A stretch of DNA of 55,885 nucleotides, taken from assembly GCA_029263375.1 (NCBI GenBank), contig JAJCXP010000139.1, positions 1 through 55,885 of the forward strand. The letters run 5' to 3'. Origin of the DNA: Acidobacteriota bacterium (GTDB lineage: Bacteria > Acidobacteriota > Thermoanaerobaculia > Multivoradales > JAHEKO01). A program made the translations under genes and the position numbers. The notes under the pieces are model-generated. The model worked only from the letters and a program-made list of their open reading frames with translations. It had not been told where the DNA came from and searched no databases. The first letter of the stretch is position 1, and each line of letters begins with the position of its first letter. Below are positions 51,945-55,885 of this stretch, one piece after another.

Positions 51945-51981
51945 CTGGCTGCTCGCAAAGCGAGCCGGTGCGAAGGGCGGG

Positions 51982-52233
51982 CTAGCGTCGACGGCGGATG
52001 ATCCGTTCGAGCCGCGCCGCGTCGACTCGAATCTTGGCGACCGCCCGGCCGTCGCGCAGCAGAACCGGGACGATCTCGCCATAGCGCCGGCGCAGCTGGT
52101 CGTCGGAGTCGACGTCCACCAGCGTGTAGTCGAGGCCGTGCCGCGGCAGGACCGTTTTCAGCTGCGCCTCCATCTGGTCGCAGAGGTGACAGCCACTGCG
52201 GGTCAGCAGCTCGAAACGCGGGCCGTTCTTCAA
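51982..52233 (-). CDS. Glutaredoxin-like protein (DUF836 family)
   Basis: TRSGCHLCD, VDVDSD..L..RYGE.VPVL; TTGA-coupled to the upstream gene. Confidence 0.85.
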   Translation of the reverse strand: MKNGPRFELLTRSGCHLCDQMEAQLKTVLPRHGLDYTLVDVDSDDQLRRRYGEIVPVLLRDGRAVAKIRVDAARLERIIRRRR

Positions 52234-52826
52234 GTCGTCGGGCCGAGCACGAAGCTGTTGCCTCGAAGCCACGGCGCTTCGATCAGTCCGGTCAGCTTCG
52301 AGCGCAGCTGATCCGTACGTTCCTGATCCTGGCTCCATCCGGCGTCGGCCAGCCAACCCAGCCACTCGTCGTGCGGCCGGCAGTTGATATGGCCGTGTCC
52401 CGCCTGACCCGGCGGAGCGGCGGTGAAGTAGATCCAACGGCGCGCCAGTCGACCCAGTGTCGTCACCAGCTCGCGGCTACGAGCCGGTTCGATGTGCTCG
52501 GCGACTTCGACGCAGCAGACCAGGTCCCACTCGCCGCGCGCCGCTGAGAAGTCGTCGATCGTCACGCGGTCGGTTAGCTGCGCCGGCAGAACGGCGAGCA
52601 CCTCCGGCGAGGCCTCGATGCCCGCCACCTGTCTGCCGGCGGCGGCGAACGCCTCGAGCAGGAAACCGTTCGCGCAGCCGACGTCGAAGGACGATTCGAA
52701 CTCCAGCTGCTCCAGTAGATGTCCGGCGAGGAGCAGGTAGTCGCCGCGATAGCGCAGCCGCCGCCGAAAGTCCCGCTCTCGATAGGGCTTCGGGCGCCGC
52801 GGCCAGGGCAGCCAGTTCAGGCTCAT
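52230..52826 (-). CDS. Class I SAM-dependent methyltransferase
   Basis: FDVGCANG motif I, WDLVCCVEVAEHI, GQAGHGHINC. Confidence 0.85.
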   Translation of the reverse strand: MSLNWLPWPRRPKPYRERDFRRRLRYRGDYLLLAGHLLEQLEFESSFDVGCANGFLLEAFAAAGRQVAGIEASPEVLAVLPAQLTDRVTIDDFSAARGEWDLVCCVEVAEHIEPARSRELVTTLGRLARRWIYFTAAPPGQAGHGHINCRPHDEWLGWLADAGWSQDQERTDQLRSKLTGLIEAPWLRGNSFVLGPTT

Positions 52827-53884
52827 GACGGTTCCACGGGCCGTGGCGCGAGCTCGATGCGCGCCAGGCGTTGCGGGTTCTTCTTGAGCGCCTTCGCCAA
52901 TCGCCCGGTCAGCGCGTCCTGGAGTCCTCGCGCCTGGGTGAGGTCGCCCTCCGGCAGCTCGATCCAGCCGCCCGCCATCATGCCGTGACCGCCGCCCTTG
53001 CCACGGCGCCCGAGTAGGCGCCGCATCAAACGACCGGCGTCGGCACGCGGGTTGGTCGTACGGATGGAAAGATAGATGCGATCGCCGTGGACGCCGGTAC
53101 AGAGCGACCAGGTCTTGCCCTCGAGCCGAAGCAGGAGATCCGCGATCTCGGGCACGATGTCGGGCTGATCGATGGTTCCGAGGTGGCTGACCACCAGGGT
53201 GCTGACGGTCTCCAGGTTCTCGAGCCCTTCGTGCAGATTACGGAAGTAGTTGAGCGGCAGGCGCGGCAGCTGAATCCGGGACAGCGCCCGAGAGTCGGAT
53301 AGCGGGTAGAGGCGGTCGAACATCTCCCGGTCGGCGGGCGAGTACTCGCGACCGAAGTCCTGGGTCTCCGAACGGATGGCGTAGACCAACGCCGTGGCGG
53401 CGGCCTTGGAGACCACCAGGCCGGCCTCTTCCAGGTACTCGGCGACGATCGTCGCCGTGGCGCCGTAGTCGGTACGGATCTCGGCGAACGGCACGCTGCG
53501 GGTGGCGCGGCGAATCGGATGGTGATCAAAAACGATCGTCGGCACCAGTGAGTCGGGCAGCTGATTGTTACCGGTGGTCGGCTGCGTATCCACCAGCGCG
53601 AAGTGCTTGTAGTGCTTCCAGTTCAGGTGCCTCACGTGGCTGAGTCGAAACCCGAGGACGCGAACCATCTCACGATTCTCCGCGCGACCGACAATGCCGC
53701 CGTAGGCAGTCGTGACCTGGCGCTTGAAGACGGACCGGAGCAGCTGCGTGAGACCGGCAGCGGCCGAGATAGCGTCCGGGTCGGGGTTGTCGTGCGTCAG
53801 CACGAGCCAACGCCCGGCCGAGGACCGGCGGGCCATGAGCTCCTGCAGAAGCGCGAAGCCCCGACGGGTGGCCTCGGTAGGCAT
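52823..53884 (-). CDS. DHH/DHHA1 family phosphoesterase (NrnA-like)
   Basis: HDNPDPDA, VDTQ, FDHH, GGGH..MAGG. Confidence 0.9.
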   Translation of the reverse strand: MPTEATRRGFALLQELMARRSSAGRWLVLTHDNPDPDAISAAAGLTQLLRSVFKRQVTTAYGGIVGRAENREMVRVLGFRLSHVRHLNWKHYKHFALVDTQPTTGNNQLPDSLVPTIVFDHHPIRRATRSVPFAEIRTDYGATATIVAEYLEEAGLVVSKAAATALVYAIRSETQDFGREYSPADREMFDRLYPLSDSRALSRIQLPRLPLNYFRNLHEGLENLETVSTLVVSHLGTIDQPDIVPEIADLLLRLEGKTWSLCTGVHGDRIYLSIRTTNPRADAGRLMRRLLGRRGKGGGHGMMAGGWIELPEGDLTQARGLQDALTGRLAKALKKNPQRLARIELAPRPVEPS

Positions 53885-53978
53885 AACCTGAGGATTCTAC
53901 GCGAGTCGGGGGCAACAAAGCCGATCGGCGTCCCGCTGTCGTATATTGCGCGCGGGCAGACGGACCCGGAGGCACACC

Positions 53979-54764
53979 ATGAACAGACATGTCCTAGCCG
54001 CTGTGATCGCGACCTGCACCTTCATCGCCGGGTGCGGCGACGTTCGACCAGGAGCTGTGGCCAGCACGGAGTCGACTCGGGATTTCTCGGAGTGGGCGCG
54101 CGTGCTCGACGCCTACGCCCGGGACGGCGGCCTGGACTACGCCGGTCTGGAGGCGAATCGGGAAGGTCTGGACCGCTTCCTGGGCGAGATCGAAGCTGCC
54201 GATCCGGACGGGTGGAGCGCCGCCGAGGAGCTCGCCTTCTGGAGCAACGCCTATAACGCGGTGGTGGCGGAGTTCGTGCTCGAGCTCTATCCGGACCTCG
54301 AATCGGTCAAGGACGTCGACGGCTTCTTCGATCGCAAGACGAGGTTGGTCGCGGGGGAGCCGCTGACGCTCGACGAGATCGAGGGCCGCGGCCGCGCTCT
54401 CGGCGACCCGCGCATCCACTTTGCTGTCGTCTGCGCCTCGACCAGCTGCCCCGATCTGCTCGGCGAGCCATTCGTGGCCGCGAGCGTCGACCAGCAACTA
54501 CAGCTCGCGACCGAGCGCTTCCTCGCCGATCCGGACAAGGGGCTGCGCTACGACGCCGAGAGCAACACGCTCTGGCTGTCGTCGATCTTCAAGTGGTACG
54601 CGGGAGACTTCACCGGCGGCAGCACCGTCGTGGCGTTCTTCGCGCGCGGCCAGGTGCTCGACTGGATCGTGCCGCACCTGCCGGCCGCGCTACGCGGTAC
54701 GCTGGTCGAGCGACAGCCGTCGATCAAGTATCTGGACTACGACTGGTCGCTGAACGATCGATGA
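53979..54764 (+). CDS. DUF547 domain lipoprotein
   Basis: Lipobox IAGC; LAFWSNAYNA, DPRIHFAVVCASTSCP, SSIFKWY..DF, YDWSLN. Confidence 0.88.
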   Translation: MNRHVLAAVIATCTFIAGCGDVRPGAVASTESTRDFSEWARVLDAYARDGGLDYAGLEANREGLDRFLGEIEAADPDGWSAAEELAFWSNAYNAVVAEFVLELYPDLESVKDVDGFFDRKTRLVAGEPLTLDEIEGRGRALGDPRIHFAVVCASTSCPDLLGEPFVAASVDQQLQLATERFLADPDKGLRYDAESNTLWLSSIFKWYAGDFTGGSTVVAFFARGQVLDWIVPHLPAALRGTLVERQPSIKYLDYDWSLNDR

Positions 54765-55570
54765 TCGAAGAGCTCTTCAGCGTAGGAAACGTCTCCATCA
54801 GCCCCTTCGGCGGGCTGATGGTCCTCGCCTTCCTGACCGGCTGGATGCAGCTGCGCTGGGGCATGCGGCGACTCGAGCTCGGCGACGAGGAAGACGCGAG
54901 CGCCCTGCTGCTGGCCGCCGGCATCGGCGGCATTGGCGGCGCCAAGATCTACTACGCAATTCTCTACGGTGACCCGGGTTCGCTGCTCGAGCGCTCCGGC
55001 CTGGTCTGGTACGGCGGTTTGATCCTCGGCGCGGCGAGCGTTCTGTGGGTCGCCCGGCGACGGGGCCTGCCGATGTTGAGAGCCGCGGACGCCGGCGCCC
55101 CGACCGTGGCGCTGGGCTACGCCATCGGCCGGATCGGCTGCTTTCTGGTCGGTGACGACTACGGGCTACCGACCGATCTGCCCTGGGGGGTGGCGTTCCG
55201 CTACGGCCTGCCGGGACCGACTACCGCCGGATTCATGCGTCGCGAGTACGGAGCGGCGGTCGCGCCCGAGGTCCCGGCGGACGAGCTTCTACGGGTCCAT
55301 CCGACGCAGCTCTACGAGACGGTTGCTTGCCTGGCGATCTGGGCACTGGGCGCGTGGTTGATCACCCGCCGGCCGCGGCCCGGCACGATCGCGACCGTCG
55401 TCCTCTCGCTGATGGCGGCCGAACGCTTCCTGGTCGAGTTCGTGCGCGCCAAGGACGACCGCCTGTTCGGGCACTTCACCGTCGCACAACTGCTCAGTGT
55501 GGCGTTGATTCTGGTGCTGGGAGTGCTCTGGCAGAAGCGGCGCCGCCCGCTGGCCGTAGGCGATGAGTGA
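54761..55570 (+). CDS. lgt: Prolipoprotein diacylglyceryl transferase
   Basis: [42 protein letters not shown]. Confidence 0.9.
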   Translation: MIEELFSVGNVSISPFGGLMVLAFLTGWMQLRWGMRRLELGDEEDASALLLAAGIGGIGGAKIYYAILYGDPGSLLERSGLVWYGGLILGAASVLWVARRRGLPMLRAADAGAPTVALGYAIGRIGCFLVGDDYGLPTDLPWGVAFRYGLPGPTTAGFMRREYGAAVAPEVPADELLRVHPTQLYETVACLAIWALGAWLITRRPRPGTIATVVLSLMAAERFLVEFVRAKDDRLFGHFTVAQLLSVALILVLGVLWQKRRRPLAVGDE

Positions 55571-55885
55571 CCGACGCCGGATCCTGACGATCGCGGGCTC
55601 GGACTCGGGCGGTGGCGCGGGGATCCAAGCGGATCTCAAGACGTTCGCTGCCTACGGCGCGTACGGCATGAGCGTGGTCACCGCGGTCACGGCTCAGAAC
55701 ACGCTCGGCGTCAGTGCCATCCACGAGATCCCGCCGAGCGTGGTCGCCGCGCAGCTCGACGCGGTTCTGACCGACATCGGCGCGGACGCGGTCAAGATCG
55801 GCATGTTGGCGAACACCGAGGTCATCCGGACGGTCGCGAGGCGACTGGCTCGCGAGCCCGGGCTGCCGATCGTGCTCGATCCGGT
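55563..55885 (+). CDS. thiD: Hydroxymethylpyrimidine/phosphomethylpyrimidine kinase (3' truncated by window edge)
   Basis: Not in ORF track; reads [27 protein letters not shown]...TAQNT...VKIGML...VLDP. Confidence 0.93.
   Translation, partial: MSDRRRILTIAGSDSGGGAGIQADLKTFAAYGAYGMSVVTAVTAQNTLGVSAIHEIPPSVVAAQLDAVLTDIGADAVKIGMLANTEVIRTVARRLAREPGLPIVLDP

Noticed and set aside
51951-51965. Hairpin gctcgc-aaa-gcgagc between convergent guaA and glutaredoxin-like genes
   Set aside because: Short stem with no U-tract on either strand; insufficient to call a terminator.
54761-55570. Lgt with WYGG and [10 protein letters not shown] instead of E. coli-type HGG and GNFINGE motifs
   Set aside because: Known natural variants of the Lgt family.

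Overview
High-GC, gene-dense chromosomal segment from a diderm (LPS-producing) bacterium. The lolC/E-lolD-clpC-bamA-skp-lpxD order and gene content suggest Acidobacteriota, possibly Thermoanaerobaculia-like (inference only). It is mostly housekeeping: smc, pyrR-pyrB-pyrC-suhB, aroC, hisS-aspS-aroB, ftsY, hpt-ridA, a Lol/ClpC/Bam/lipid A cluster, mtnP, surE-pcm-yqaA-apt, tRNA-Arg(CCT), pdp, cinA-thpR-plsY-gpsA-guaA, lgt and thiD. I saw no CRISPR, prophage, IS or rRNA. The most interesting signals are regulatory or structural. (1) A 3x23-bp tandem array between thpR and plsY forms a chain of three GTGA-coupled 8-codon mini-ORFs, each with its own SD. (2) About 11 first-in-operon genes have a TAnnnT -10 box 6-11 nt before the start codon and no clear SD, suggesting pervasive leaderless transcription. 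(3) A tandem NrdR-box-like pair lies between smc and pyrR. (4) A near-consensus sigma-54 promoter precedes bamA-skp-lpx. (5) There is an M23 peptidase / divergent bactofilin-like / SdpI-like cassette. (6) A radical-SAM-like protein lacking CxxxCxxC, with a PolX-type HhH tail, follows roadblock-ftsY. (7) aroB contains an in-frame TAA. All calls come from reading motifs by eye; no searches were run.
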